The notes: a model not told the origin generated them from the letters alone. A stretch of 64,000 nucleotides of DNA from Bacteroidales bacterium (GCA_024400505.1 JAKSMP010000001.1:5265-69264); one strand, 5' to 3'; numbered from the stretch's first letter, positions 46,917 to 57,019 are shown. Numbers and translations are program-made.

Positions 46917-49775
46917 TTAACTGGCAGGGGTGTCTGCCAAAAAATGTTTCATGATTTCTATGGGGTGGACGGCCTTGATGCCGGTGCCATCGAGGATTTG
47001 CTGACGGCAGGAGGTGCCGGGAGCGGCCACCAGGGTTGGCGTTTCGGTGGGCTCTTTAAGGGCTCGGCGTAGGGTGGGGAAGAGGAGCATCTCGCCAATC
47101 TCGATGGAGGTCTTGTAATGCTCTTTCTCATAGCCAAAAGAACCGGCCATGCCGCAGCAACTGCTGGGAATCACATGGAGTTTGCATCCGGCGAGTAAGC
47201 GCAGCATGGCGGCAGTCTTCTCAATGCCGACCAATGATTTCTGATGGCAATGGCCGTGCAGCCAGATCTCCACTGCATCGGATTTGAACTGCTTTGCTGT
47301 GATGTTGCCCCGAGCCACTTCGCGCATGATAAACTCATCGTAGAGGAGGCAGTTCCTGCCCAGCGCTTCGGCATCTTGGCGCATAGAGGCTGGCACTAGG
47401 TCGGGGTATTCGTCGCGGAAAGAGAGGATACAGCTGGGTTCGATACCCACCAATGGGGTGTCCTCGGTGATCTTGTTGCGGAGCAGCCGTACATTCTTGG
47501 TGGCATATTTGGCGGCCAAGTGGAGGCAGCCTTTGGAAATGGCGGCTCGACCGCTTTCCACGGTGCGGGGAATAATCACCTTATAGCCCAAAGCTGTGAG
47601 TAGCGAGGCAAAGGTGTGGCCCAACTCAGCTTCTTGATGGTTGGTAAATTCGTCAGCGAAAAGATAAACGGTTCTCTGCGTTTGTGCATTTTGTCTCCGG
47701 ATGGTGCGATCATGTTTCACCAATTGGCGGATGGCGCGATCATGTTTCACCAATTGGCGGATGGTGCGGGGCGAGAGGGCGGGAATGGCGCGCTCTGGTG
47801 CAAAAGCAACGAGCCGTTTGATGATGGATGATGACCAATTCCAGCGGGCCATAGCGTTGTAGATGGGATATACGATATGCCCTAGTTGCTCGATGGCGGC
47901 CATGCGGGCCACCATCCAACTGCGGAAGGGGGTGCCGTGCTGGCTGTACAACTGTTGCAGCACCCGAGCACGGATGCGGGTCATGTCAACATTGGAAGGA
48001 CATTCGCCTTTGCAACCCTTGCATGCCAAGCAGCTGTAGAGCATCTCTTCAAGTGCCTTGCGGTCGTCGGTGTCGGATCCAATGCCGCGGGTGAGCACCT
48101 CGCGCAGTACATTGGCTCTGGCACGGGTGGTCATCAATTCATCGCGAGAGACTTTGAAGGCGGGGCACATCGTGCCACCGATGGTGTTGCTTTTGCGGCA
48201 ATCGCCAGCCCCGTTGCATTGCTCAATGAGGCACATGAGGTCGTGGTCGGCGCAAAGGTATTGCTGGTTGACATCGTAGCGCAGCGATTCGTCCATGCGT
48301 GGGGCATCCACGATTTTGTTCATATTGAAGACCCCGTCGGGATCCCAGCATTGCTTCACCTGTCGCATGAGCTGATACACCTCTTGGCCGTACATGATGG
48401 GGATGAACTCGGCGCGGAGCCGTCCGTCGCCATGCTCGCCACTGAGGCTGCCATGATGTTTTTTTACCAGTTGTGCGCTCTCCAAGGCCACTTGGTGGAA
48501 TCGTTCGCGGTCGTGGGCATCCTTGATATTGAGGATGGGACGGAGATGAAGTTCGCCGGTGCTGATATGCCCGTAATAAACGCAACTCATCTCCATGCGC
48601 TGCATCAGCTGTTCAAATTCTTCGAGGTATTGCGGGAGGCGTTCGGGTGCCACGGCGGTATCTTCGATGACACCGATGGGTTTGTTGTCGCCTTTGACAC
48701 CGGTGAGCACACCGAGGCCAGCTTTGCGGAGTGCCCATACTCGGCTGATGTCCTTGCCATAAACTCGGCTGCAGTGGTAGGCAAGTCCTTCGTTGAGGAG
48801 ATCTTGCTCCATGGCGTTGGCTTGCTCGTCCATGGTGGTGCCGTTGAATTCGGCGATAATCAATGCGGCGGGTTCGCCTTCGATAAAGAATCGGTTGCGA
48901 TCTTGGGTGTGGTTGTTGCGGCACAGCTCCAGTATCTTTCCGTCCATGAGCTCCACGGCCACAGGCTGGTGGCGCAGTGCCACGAGGTTGGCCAGATAAC
49001 TCTTGGGCAGCGAGTCGCAATGGGCGCAAAGCACCATCTGCTCCTGAGGAGGCAGTGGGTCGAGGGAGAGTTTGATGGCGGTGATGAAGCACAGCGTGCC
49101 TTCGCTACCTGTGATAATCTTGGTGAGGTCGATATCGCCTTCGATGGCTTCGTCGATGGCGTAGCCGCAACTGCGCCGCTGCAGCGACTTGTCGGGGAAG
49201 TTGTCTGCAATCAGTTGTCTGATTTCAGGGTCGTTCTTCCATTGTTCCAGCTGGGCATAAATCTGTTGCAGGAGCGGACTCCCTTCGCGTTTGGCGGTAG
49301 AGAAATGCGAACCGTCGCTGAGGACGCCTTGCAGTTCAAGCACATGGTGGCGGGTGCTGCCATAGACCAGCGAATGGGTGCCGCATGAGTTGTTGCCCAC
49401 CATGCCGCCGATGCAGCATCGGTTGGAGGTGGAAGTCTCGGGGCTAAAGAAAAGACCGTGCGGTTTGAGGAAGATATTCAGTTCGTCGCGCACCACGCCG
49501 GGTTCCACCCATACGGTACGTTGCCCCTTGTCGAACTTGAGTATGTGATTGAAATGTTTGCTGATATCCACCACGATGCCATTGCCCACCACTTGGCCGG
49601 CGATGCTGGTGCCTCCGGCACGAGGGATAAGGTGGGTATGCAGGCGGCGTGCCTCGTTGAGCAATTCTACAATTTCTGCTTCGTTCTTGGGATAAGCCAC
49701 CCCCATGGGCATCTCGCGATAGGCAGATGCGTCGGTGGCATAGGCGATGCGGTGGAGGATATCGGTGTGAATCAT
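46917..49775 (-). CDS. Fused FAD-linked oxidase (GlcD-like) / Fe-S cluster-binding (GlcF-like) oxidoreductase
   Basis: N-terminal FAD PCMH domain (PRAGGTSIAGQVVG), central CxxCxxCxxxCP clusters (CLACKGCKGECP), C-terminal CCG domains. Confidence 0.85.
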   Translation of the reverse strand: MIHTDILHRIAYATDASAYREMPMGVAYPKNEAEIVELLNEARRLHTHLIPRAGGTSIAGQVVGNGIVVDISKHFNHILKFDKGQRTVWVEPGVVRDELNIFLKPHGLFFSPETSTSNRCCIGGMVGNNSCGTHSLVYGSTRHHVLELQGVLSDGSHFSTAKREGSPLLQQIYAQLEQWKNDPEIRQLIADNFPDKSLQRRSCGYAIDEAIEGDIDLTKIITGSEGTLCFITAIKLSLDPLPPQEQMVLCAHCDSLPKSYLANLVALRHQPVAVELMDGKILELCRNNHTQDRNRFFIEGEPAALIIAEFNGTTMDEQANAMEQDLLNEGLAYHCSRVYGKDISRVWALRKAGLGVLTGVKGDNKPIGVIEDTAVAPERLPQYLEEFEQLMQRMEMSCVYYGHISTGELHLRPILNIKDAHDRERFHQVALESAQLVKKHHGSLSGEHGDGRLRAEFIPIMYGQEVYQLMRQVKQCWDPDGVFNMNKIVDAPRMDESLRYDVNQQYLCADHDLMCLIEQCNGAGDCRKSNTIGGTMCPAFKVSRDELMTTRARANVLREVLTRGIGSDTDDRKALEEMLYSCLACKGCKGECPSNVDMTRIRARVLQQLYSQHGTPFRSWMVARMAAIEQLGHIVYPIYNAMARWNWSSSIIKRLVAFAPERAIPALSPRTIRQLVKHDRAIRQLVKHDRTIRRQNAQTQRTVYLFADEFTNHQEAELGHTFASLLTALGYKVIIPRTVESGRAAISKGCLHLAAKYATKNVRLLRNKITEDTPLVGIEPSCILSFRDEYPDLVPASMRQDAEALGRNCLLYDEFIMREVARGNITAKQFKSDAVEIWLHGHCHQKSLVGIEKTAAMLRLLAGCKLHVIPSSCCGMAGSFGYEKEHYKTSIEIGEMLLFPTLRRALKEPTETPTLVAAPGTSCRQQILDGTGIKAVHPIEIMKHFLADTPAS
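47701..47768. repeat. 30-bp in-frame tandem duplication inside the oxidase gene
   Basis: ATGGTGCGATCATGTTTCACCAATTGGCGG then ATGGCGCGATCATGTTTCACCAATTGGCGG then ATGGTGCG. Encodes IRQLVKHDRA/IRQLVKHDRT. Confidence 0.9.
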
Positions 49776-49851
49776 GATTGACGTTGGATTCGATGTTAAC
49801 GTTGTTGTTGACGTTAACTTTATAATTCGAAACTCATTTGATAGATCAGAA

Positions 49852-50976
49852 CTAAGAATTCTTAATGATTGTCTCTAAGATTTTTTCAGCGGCGTGGGCG
49901 TCGCCAAAGAGGTGGGGGAATCGCACGGGATGGTCAATAAGGGTGTGGTAGCCATCGATGATTCGCTGGTAGTCGGCATCGGCGATGAAGCCGGCACCAT
50001 GGTTGACAATCTCTACCCATTCGGTCTCGGGACGGAGGATGACGCATGGTTTCTCGAAGAAGAAAGCCTCTTTCTGTACCCCACCGCTATCGGTCATCAC
50101 TATCTTGGCGTGCTGTTCCAGCATATTGATGTCGAAGAATGATGCTGGTGGGATGATGCGGATATGGTGGGTGAGCTGCGTTGAATGGTGTTGCTCCAGA
50201 ATCTTTTTAGTGCGGGGATGAAGTGGTAGCACCACGGTGATGTGTTCTTGTTCGGCAATATCGGAGAGTGCGTGGAAGATGGCCTGCAGCCGTTCGGGGT
50301 TGTCGGTGTTGTTGTCGCGATGGACGGTGGCAAGAATATAATTGTTGGGTTGGATGTCGAGGTCTTGCAGGATGGTGCTGTGCTGCTGGGCAAGGGAGGC
50401 AAAGTAGATAGAGTTGTCGTACATGACATCGCCGCAGTTGCACACCAGGCGGTGGCGGCCATCGGCAAAGGTGGCTTGAGAATCGAAAAATCCTTCGTGA
50501 CGGAGATTCTCTACAGCTGTCTGGGTGGGGGCGAAGCAGATGCTGGACAGTTGGTCGCACACGATGCGGTTGACCTCCTCGGGCATGGCCATGTTGAATG
50601 AACGGAGTCCGGCCTCGATGTGATAGACAGGGATATGCAGCTTGGATGCGGCCACGGCACCAGCCAGGGTAGAGTTGGTGTCGCCGTAGAGGATGATGCC
50701 GTCAAAATGCCCCTGAAGTAATACCTCCTCGATGCCGCTGATCATCTTGGCAGTTTGAACCCCATGAGCGCCCGAACCCACACCCAGGTTGAAGTGGGGC
50801 TGGGGGATGCCCAGTTGGTCAAAGAAGACCTGTGACATATTGGCATCATAATGCTGGCCCGTGTGCAGTATCGACTCCTGAATGGTGGAGGAAAAGGCAT
50901 TGCTGATGGCGCGGGAGATGGCGGCGGCTTTGATGATTTGCGGACGAGCGCCGATGACGGTGAGGAGTTTCAACAT
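49852..50976 (-). CDS. wecB: UDP-N-acetylglucosamine (or UDP-GlcNAc3NAcA) 2-epimerase, non-hydrolysing
   Basis: MLKLLTVIGARPQIIKAAAI ... HTGQHYD ... GDTNSTLAGA ... HIEAGLRS ... TDSGGVQKEA. Confidence 0.9.
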   Translation of the reverse strand: MLKLLTVIGARPQIIKAAAISRAISNAFSSTIQESILHTGQHYDANMSQVFFDQLGIPQPHFNLGVGSGAHGVQTAKMISGIEEVLLQGHFDGIILYGDTNSTLAGAVAASKLHIPVYHIEAGLRSFNMAMPEEVNRIVCDQLSSICFAPTQTAVENLRHEGFFDSQATFADGRHRLVCNCGDVMYDNSIYFASLAQQHSTILQDLDIQPNNYILATVHRDNNTDNPERLQAIFHALSDIAEQEHITVVLPLHPRTKKILEQHHSTQLTHHIRIIPPASFFDINMLEQHAKIVMTDSGGVQKEAFFFEKPCVILRPETEWVEIVNHGAGFIADADYQRIIDGYHTLIDHPVRFPHLFGDAHAAEKILETIIKNS

Positions 50977-50987
50977 ATAATAATGTA

Positions 50988-52238
50988 TTATTTATTGCTT
51001 TGGATAAATTGGATAAACTGGCTGGCCAGGGTGGCGTAGTTGAGATGGGTGAGGGCATAGGAGCGGCCGAGGTTTCCCATCTCTTGGCGTTGGGCAGGGG
51101 AGAGGTCGGCCAGGCGAACAATGGCTGCTGCCACCTGAGCGATATTCTCAGCCTCCACTTGCAAGCCACAACCTACACGCTCGACAAGGCTGCCGGGTTC
51201 GTCCACCGAAAAAATGATGGGGCGGGCAGCCACCATATAGTCGGTCACCTTGTTGAAAGAGGTACCATATTGATGCAAGATGCTGTGCACACCACCAGCA
51301 TAGCAGATGTCGAATGACTGGATGATAAGTGGAATGACGCGTTTCTCGACAGGGGGTAAGAAGTAAAAATGCTGAAGGTCATATTGTTTGGCCAAAGCGA
51401 TGAGTTCGTCCTTTTGTGGCCCTTGACCAACCAAGACAAAGGCAATATCGTGGCGGCTGCGCAATGAGTTGGCGGCATGGACAAGCACCTCCATGGCGGT
51501 GGATTGTGTGTGACCACCGGCGAAGCCGATGATGGTTTTTCCCTGCTGGCGAAGTTGGAGGAAGAGCTGCTGATGCTGTTGTGGGATTTGGACAGTGGTG
51601 TCAATCTGCTCCCATTCTTCAAGAAGAAATCCGTTGGGCACGCAGGCAAACTTGTATTCGGGCAAGCCGTGGCGGCGCATGTGGGGATAAGTCTTGTCGG
51701 GGATGGAGATGACATGGTCGCAATGCTTGTAGGCATAGTTCTCGGCCCATTGCAACACTTGGATGAAAGGATGCCAAGGCTTGTAACCGCCGATAATCAT
51801 GGGGGAGAGGGGCCATAGGTCATGCACCTCTAGCACCAATTGAGCATGTGCCTTGCGGGCAAGCGCATGGCAGGCGTAGATGTCGAGATTGTGGACCGAT
51901 GAAGCAATCACCACGTCGGGTTGACATGCCAGCAATTCCTGTTGGTGTTGACGCACACCGTGTGAAAATTCAAACATGGTGAGCACTCTGCGGATGCCGT
52001 TGCCCTCGTACTGCTGGGTGGAAAGCCAGATGTACTGAATGCCGTCAATTACCTCGTGGGAGGTTTGAGGCTGTTGTTTGCGCAGATGGGAGAACGAAGC
52101 TCCCACGATGGTGACTTTGTGCCCTTGGCGAACCCATTCGCGCCCCATATAATAAGAGCGGAACTCCATGCCATACTGGGGTGCGCCAGCATAGTGGCTG
52201 ATCATGAGTATGGAAAGCGGGCGTGACGTGGAGGGCAT
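50988..52238 (-). CDS. Family 4 glycosyltransferase (WbuB-like)
   Basis: GT-B fold with the N-terminal ILMISHYAGAPQYGMEFRSYYMGREW motif typical of WbuB-like enzymes. Confidence 0.8.
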   Translation of the reverse strand: MPSTSRPLSILMISHYAGAPQYGMEFRSYYMGREWVRQGHKVTIVGASFSHLRKQQPQTSHEVIDGIQYIWLSTQQYEGNGIRRVLTMFEFSHGVRQHQQELLACQPDVVIASSVHNLDIYACHALARKAHAQLVLEVHDLWPLSPMIIGGYKPWHPFIQVLQWAENYAYKHCDHVISIPDKTYPHMRRHGLPEYKFACVPNGFLLEEWEQIDTTVQIPQQHQQLFLQLRQQGKTIIGFAGGHTQSTAMEVLVHAANSLRSRHDIAFVLVGQGPQKDELIALAKQYDLQHFYFLPPVEKRVIPLIIQSFDICYAGGVHSILHQYGTSFNKVTDYMVAARPIIFSVDEPGSLVERVGCGLQVEAENIAQVAAAIVRLADLSPAQRQEMGNLGRSYALTHLNYATLASQFIQFIQSNK

Positions 52239-52241
52239 GGA

Positions 52242-53435
52242 CTAGAGCACGTTAATAAGATTCTCAGCCACAGAACGGATTTCCTCGCGGGAGATGTAAG
52301 GATGCATGGGGAGTGCGAGGACGCTGTTGGAGAGACGTTCTGCAACAGGGGTGAGTGCAAAAGAGTGTACCTCCTTGAAGGCGGTCTGTTTGCTCATGGG
52401 GGTGGGATAATATACCATAGTGGGGATGCCTTTGGCCTTGAGTTTGGCCTGAAGGGCAGCCCGGTTGAAAGATCCGTTGCCAGAAGGAACGCTCAGTTGG
52501 ATGGTGTACTGCGCCCAGCTGCTGCCATAATTCTCTGGGATATATGGGGTGGTAATTTGGATTTCTTTCTTGATGAACTTGGTCATGCCGTTGAGCAATT
52601 GGGTGTAATACTCGGCGGCTTTGTTAACGGCGGTGAGTTCTTGCTCACGGAAAGCCTTGAATTTCACCCGCAAAATGGCAGCCTGGAGGGTGTCGAGGCG
52701 GGAATTGAGACCGATGCGGACATTGTCGTATTTGAAGCTGCCTTTGCCATGCACACGGTAAGATTCAATGAGCGAAGCCCATTCGTCGTTGTCGGTGAAC
52801 ACAGCACCGCCATCGCCATAGCAACCCAGGGGCTTGGCGGGGAAGAAAGAGGTGGTGGAGATGTCGCCGAAAGAGCAGGCTCGGTGGAGCTGGAAACCAT
52901 CGCCCTCGGCATTGGGCAGACGGATGCTGCCGCCAAATCCTTGGGCACCATCCTCGATGACAAACATCCCTTCGCGTTTGGCGATGGTGCGGATTTCGGG
53001 GAAGTTGGCTGGCAGACCGAAGAGGTCAACAGCAATCACAGCCTTGGGACGAAGGGTCATGTGGTCGTGTACAGAGCGGATGGCATCTTCGAGACTCTTG
53101 GGGTCGATATTGAAAGTGCGGGGATCGACATCCACGAACACGGGGGTGGCACCTTCGAGCGATACAACCTCGGCTGAAGAGAAGAAAGTGAAGTCGGGCA
53201 CAAAAACGGCATCGCCTTTGCCAACCCCCAGGGCTTTGAGTGCTAGGGTGAGGGCGTCGGTGCCATTGGCGCAGGAGAGGCAATGCTTGACGCCTACATA
53301 CTCGGCAAGTTCTTGCTCCAATTCTCTTACAGGATTGCCCATGATGAAAGCACCAGATGCTGCTACGTCGAGCATGGCTTGGTCGATATCGGTTTTGAGT
53401 ACTTGATACTGCTTCTTGAGGTCTCTAAATTCCAT
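52242..53435 (-). CDS. wbpE: DegT-family aminotransferase, WbpE-like
   Basis: CLSCANGTDAL, IEDGAQGFGG, TSFFPAKPLGCYGDGGAVFT and NSRLDTLQAAIL closely follow my recollection of the P. aeruginosa WbpE sequence. Confidence 0.8.
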   Translation of the reverse strand: MEFRDLKKQYQVLKTDIDQAMLDVAASGAFIMGNPVRELEQELAEYVGVKHCLSCANGTDALTLALKALGVGKGDAVFVPDFTFFSSAEVVSLEGATPVFVDVDPRTFNIDPKSLEDAIRSVHDHMTLRPKAVIAVDLFGLPANFPEIRTIAKREGMFVIEDGAQGFGGSIRLPNAEGDGFQLHRACSFGDISTTSFFPAKPLGCYGDGGAVFTDNDEWASLIESYRVHGKGSFKYDNVRIGLNSRLDTLQAAILRVKFKAFREQELTAVNKAAEYYTQLLNGMTKFIKKEIQITTPYIPENYGSSWAQYTIQLSVPSGNGSFNRAALQAKLKAKGIPTMVYYPTPMSKQTAFKEVHSFALTPVAERLSNSVLALPMHPYISREEIRSVAENLINVL

Positions 53436-53468
53436 AATTGAAAGATGATATTTGATATGTTGAGATTG

Positions 53469-54584
53469 TTATTTTTCTATTGTTGAGAGGGTGTCGTAGA
53501 GGTTGAAAAGTACTTGCTCCTGGGTGGCCCAGTTGTATTTCTCTTTCACCGCTTTGCGACCGTTTTCGCCCATTTGCTGGGCCAATTGGGGATGGGAGAT
53601 GAGGTGGTTGATGGCATCGGCTATGCGTTGGGGGTCGTGGGGATCGATGCAGATGCCGCATTGGTTGCCCTCGATAATCTCGCGCCAGAGTTCGAAATCG
53701 GTGGCGATGACAGGAATGCTCGCCATCATGTATTCAAACATTTTCAGCACTCCCAAGGTGCCTTTGCGATAGCCCACATTGGGGGAATAGTCCAACAGCA
53801 CCAATCCGATATCGGCTCGCTGATAGATGCTGCCCACCTCCTCGGGTGGCAAAACGCCCAGATACTCCACCCGTTGCCACATTTCCAACGATTGGAGTCG
53901 TTGGAAATAGTCCTGAATGAACACTCTGCCAGCCAACAAGTAGCGGGCGGGTGTGTGGGCCAGGCTGCGGATAATCTGCTCATGCATGTAGCGTTCGGCT
54001 ATCTCACCGGCAAAGCATACCGTAGGCTCTTTGCTGGCGAGGGGGGTATGGGTGGGTAGATTATTGAAGTTTGGGTAATTGGTGACCATCACGCTGCGGG
54101 GATTGATGCGCTGGAGTCGTTGCAAGATGGTGGGGGTGACTGTTACCAAGGCATCATAGCGGGATAAGAGCCGGCGCTCGCGGGCGGCATAAAGATGCGA
54201 GAGTATGGGGCGAGACCATCGGGGGAGGTATTCCTTGGTGAGTAGCTGCATGGGCACATCCTCGTGGGAGTCGAAGATGACGCGTTTCCCACGACGCTGC
54301 ACTTGGAGTCCGACGGAGATGAGTTCGGGGTCGTGGAAATGGTAGATGTCGGCATCGGCTTGGAGGGCTCGTTTCAGCACACGACGGAGATAAAACTGCC
54401 GTTTCAGTCGGCTGACGGGCAGGCTAACCCCCATGCGGCGAACGCCATCCACGATGTCGTCGGGGATATTAGGGGCGATGAGCACTACCTCAAAACGTTT
54501 CGCCAACGACTTGCACTCCTTGTGGAAGATGCGCACGTCGTTGGCGGGGTGGACGCTGGTGACATGACAAACTCTCATGGCCAT
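53469..54584 (-). CDS. Family 4 glycosyltransferase
   Basis: GT-B C-terminal E-x7-E region: ADIGLVLLDYSPNVGYRKGTLGVLKMFEYMMASIPVIATD. Confidence 0.8.
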   Translation of the reverse strand: MAMRVCHVTSVHPANDVRIFHKECKSLAKRFEVVLIAPNIPDDIVDGVRRMGVSLPVSRLKRQFYLRRVLKRALQADADIYHFHDPELISVGLQVQRRGKRVIFDSHEDVPMQLLTKEYLPRWSRPILSHLYAARERRLLSRYDALVTVTPTILQRLQRINPRSVMVTNYPNFNNLPTHTPLASKEPTVCFAGEIAERYMHEQIIRSLAHTPARYLLAGRVFIQDYFQRLQSLEMWQRVEYLGVLPPEEVGSIYQRADIGLVLLDYSPNVGYRKGTLGVLKMFEYMMASIPVIATDFELWREIIEGNQCGICIDPHDPQRIADAINHLISHPQLAQQMGENGRKAVKEKYNWATQEQVLFNLYDTLSTIEK

Positions 54585-54594
54585 GTATAGCGGG

Positions 54595-55590
54595 TTAGTA
54601 TTTCATATCAGACCATCCAAAGGGGTGATCCGAAAGGGGCATCTTGGCCAGGGGATGGTAGTCGCCGGTGAGTCCGATGGGAGTGGAGTGTCGGATGTCG
54701 CTCACAATCTGGATGCAATTGCGTGCTTCGCTGATGCGGAATCCGTTGCCAGCCAGAATTTCTTTATAGCTGGTGGTGTGCAGCTCGGTGAATCCCTGGC
54801 TGAATTCAAATTCGTCGCCGTCGATCATGATGGTACGATAGGTGCGTTTCTCACCTTGTACAGCATTTTCGGGCAGGCAGTCGGCATTGATGCTAAGGAA
54901 ATAACGGACACGTGCCTGGGCAAATTCGAGGTAGCCAGCCACGCGGTCGTGCGACATCACATGGACGATATTCTGCTGCACGGGTCCGAAGATCCACTGG
55001 AGCATATCGTAGAAATGCACGCCGATGTTGGTGGCGATGCCGCCGCTCTTGTGCACATCGCCCTTCCACGAAGAATAGTACCACTTGCCGCGGGAGGTGA
55101 TGTAGGTGAGGTCCACATCGTACTTCTTGTCCTTGGGACCTTCTTCAACCTTTTTCTTGAGGGCCACGATGGACTCGTGCAAGCGGAGTTGGAGGATGGT
55201 GTAGGCTTGGTGGCCAGTTTCCTTCTCCAGATCCACGAGGTTGTCGATATTGTAGGGGTTCAGCACCAGGGGTTTCTCGCAGATGACGTTGCAGCCGAGG
55301 CGCAAGCCGTAGCGGATGAAAGCGTCATGGGTGTAGTTGGGGGTGCAGATAGAAAGCCAGTTGAGGGGATTGTTGGTGTGCTGCTGCTTGGAGCAGAAGC
55401 GGTCGAACTGTTCCTGCTCGGTGAAGAAGGAGCAGTTGGGGAAAAAACTATCGAGGCGACCCACGCTGTCGAATCTGTCATAGGCAGCGATGAGATCGTT
55501 CTGTGTGTCGGCGATGGCTTTGAGGTGGCGGGGAGCGATGTAGCCTGCTGCTCCGATTAATGCGAAATTTGCCATAGTTGTTTTGTTCAA
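54595..55590 (-). CDS. wbpB: Gfo/Idh/MocA oxidoreductase, WbpB-like UDP-GlcNAcA 3-dehydrogenase
   Basis: NFALIGAAGYIAPRHLKAI ... ICTPNYTHD ... CEKPLV ... DLTYITSRGKWYYSSWKGD ... ATNIGVHFYDML matches my recollection of WbpB almost motif for motif. Confidence 0.85.
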   Translation of the reverse strand: MNKTTMANFALIGAAGYIAPRHLKAIADTQNDLIAAYDRFDSVGRLDSFFPNCSFFTEQEQFDRFCSKQQHTNNPLNWLSICTPNYTHDAFIRYGLRLGCNVICEKPLVLNPYNIDNLVDLEKETGHQAYTILQLRLHESIVALKKKVEEGPKDKKYDVDLTYITSRGKWYYSSWKGDVHKSGGIATNIGVHFYDMLQWIFGPVQQNIVHVMSHDRVAGYLEFAQARVRYFLSINADCLPENAVQGEKRTYRTIMIDGDEFEFSQGFTELHTTSYKEILAGNGFRISEARNCIQIVSDIRHSTPIGLTGDYHPLAKMPLSDHPFGWSDMKY

Positions 55591-55599
55591 TTAGCGTTG

Positions 55600-56874
55600 T
55601 TATAATCTACCATCGACCAACTCGCGTGGCATGATGGCTTTTACATCGTAGATGACGTGGTTGGGTTCCAGGAGCTGGTTGAAATCAATCTCCATCTCGC
55701 GGAATTGGCGGTGGGCCACAGCCACGATGGCGGCAGCATAGCGGTCGTGAGGAAGTTCGTTGACGATATCGATGCCGTATTCGTGCTTCACGCGCTCAGG
55801 CGAAGCCCAGGGGTCGAAGACGGTGATGTCGGCATTGTATTCTTGCAAGGCACGGTAGATGTCGATGACGCGGGTGTTGCGCACATCGGGGCAGTTCTCC
55901 TTGAAGGTGAATCCCATGATGATGATTTTGGAACCGAGCACCTGGATGCCCTTCTTGAGCATGAGTTTGATGGTTTGGTCGGCCACGTAGGCACCCATGC
56001 CATCGTTCATGCGGCGGCCAGCGAGGATGATTTCGGGATTATAGCCCATGCGCTGGGCGCACTGAGCCAAGTAGTAGGGGTCCACCGAGATGCAATGTCC
56101 GCCCACCAGGCCGGGATTCATCTTGATGAAATTCCACTTGGTGCCGGCTGCCTCCAGCACATCGTTGGTGTCGATGCCCATGAGGGTGAAAATTTTGGAG
56201 AGCTCGTTGACAAATGCGATGTTGATGTCGCGCTGACTGTTCTCGATTACCTTGGCAGCTTCGGCCACCTTGATGCTGGCTGCGCGGTGGGTGCCGGCAG
56301 TGAGCACGGAGTCATACACGCGGTCGATAATCTCGGCAACTTCGGGGGTGGAGCCAGAGGTGATTTTCTTGATTTTCTCGACGGTATGAACCTTGTCGCC
56401 GGGGTTGATGCGCTCGGGACTATAGCCAGCGAAGAAATCGACATTGAATTCAAGACCGGAAACACGTTCCACCACGGGAAGGCATTCGTCTTCGGTGACA
56501 CCGGGATAAACGGTGGACTCATACACCACGATATCGCCTTTGCTGATCACCTTGCCCACAGCCTCGCTAGCACCATAGAGAGGGGAGAGGTCGGGGGTGT
56601 TGTTGCGGTCCACGGGGGTGGGAACAGCGACAACATAAAAGTTGCATTTGCGAATCTCTTCGAGGTTGGAGGTGCATACAAAGCCATGGTTGTTGATGGC
56701 ATCTTGCAGCAATTCGTCGGAGACCTCCAATGTAGAGTCGTGGCCAGCCATTAAGGCTTCAACGCGAGCCTTGTTCATGTCGTAGCCAACAGTAGTGTAC
56801 TTGGTGGAGAAAAGTCGGGCTAAAGGCAGTCCCACATACCCCAAACCGATGACAGCGATCTTGATGTCTTGCAT
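55600..56874 (-). CDS. wbpA: UDP-N-acetyl-hexosamine 6-dehydrogenase (WbpA/WecC/TviB family)
   Basis: IAVIGLGYVGLPLA, STVYPGVTE, GYSPERINPGD and GGHCISVDP motifs. Confidence 0.85.
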   Translation of the reverse strand: MQDIKIAVIGLGYVGLPLARLFSTKYTTVGYDMNKARVEALMAGHDSTLEVSDELLQDAINNHGFVCTSNLEEIRKCNFYVVAVPTPVDRNNTPDLSPLYGASEAVGKVISKGDIVVYESTVYPGVTEDECLPVVERVSGLEFNVDFFAGYSPERINPGDKVHTVEKIKKITSGSTPEVAEIIDRVYDSVLTAGTHRAASIKVAEAAKVIENSQRDINIAFVNELSKIFTLMGIDTNDVLEAAGTKWNFIKMNPGLVGGHCISVDPYYLAQCAQRMGYNPEIILAGRRMNDGMGAYVADQTIKLMLKKGIQVLGSKIIIMGFTFKENCPDVRNTRVIDIYRALQEYNADITVFDPWASPERVKHEYGIDIVNELPHDRYAAAIVAVAHRQFREMEIDFNQLLEPNHVIYDVKAIMPRELVDGRL

Positions 56875-56962
56875 ATTACAATTAATATATATAATTATTA
56901 TTTACTTGTTTTTTAATAAAATGCAATGATTGTGATGCAATGAAAAACAATCTTTGCATCTG

Positions 56963-56970
56963 CAAAGATA
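56963..56970 (-). promoter_or_regulatory. Candidate -7 box TAtcTTTG for the minus-strand glycan operon, inside an 8-bp inverted repeat
   Basis: The minus strand reads TATCTTTG. TCTTTGCA-tc-TGCAAAGA spans 56951-56968. About 90 nt upstream of the ATG at 56874. Confidence 0.35.
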
Positions 56971-57019
56971 CATTTTTTTTGTGTATTGACAATATTTTTT
57001 AGTAATTCACTACAACAAT

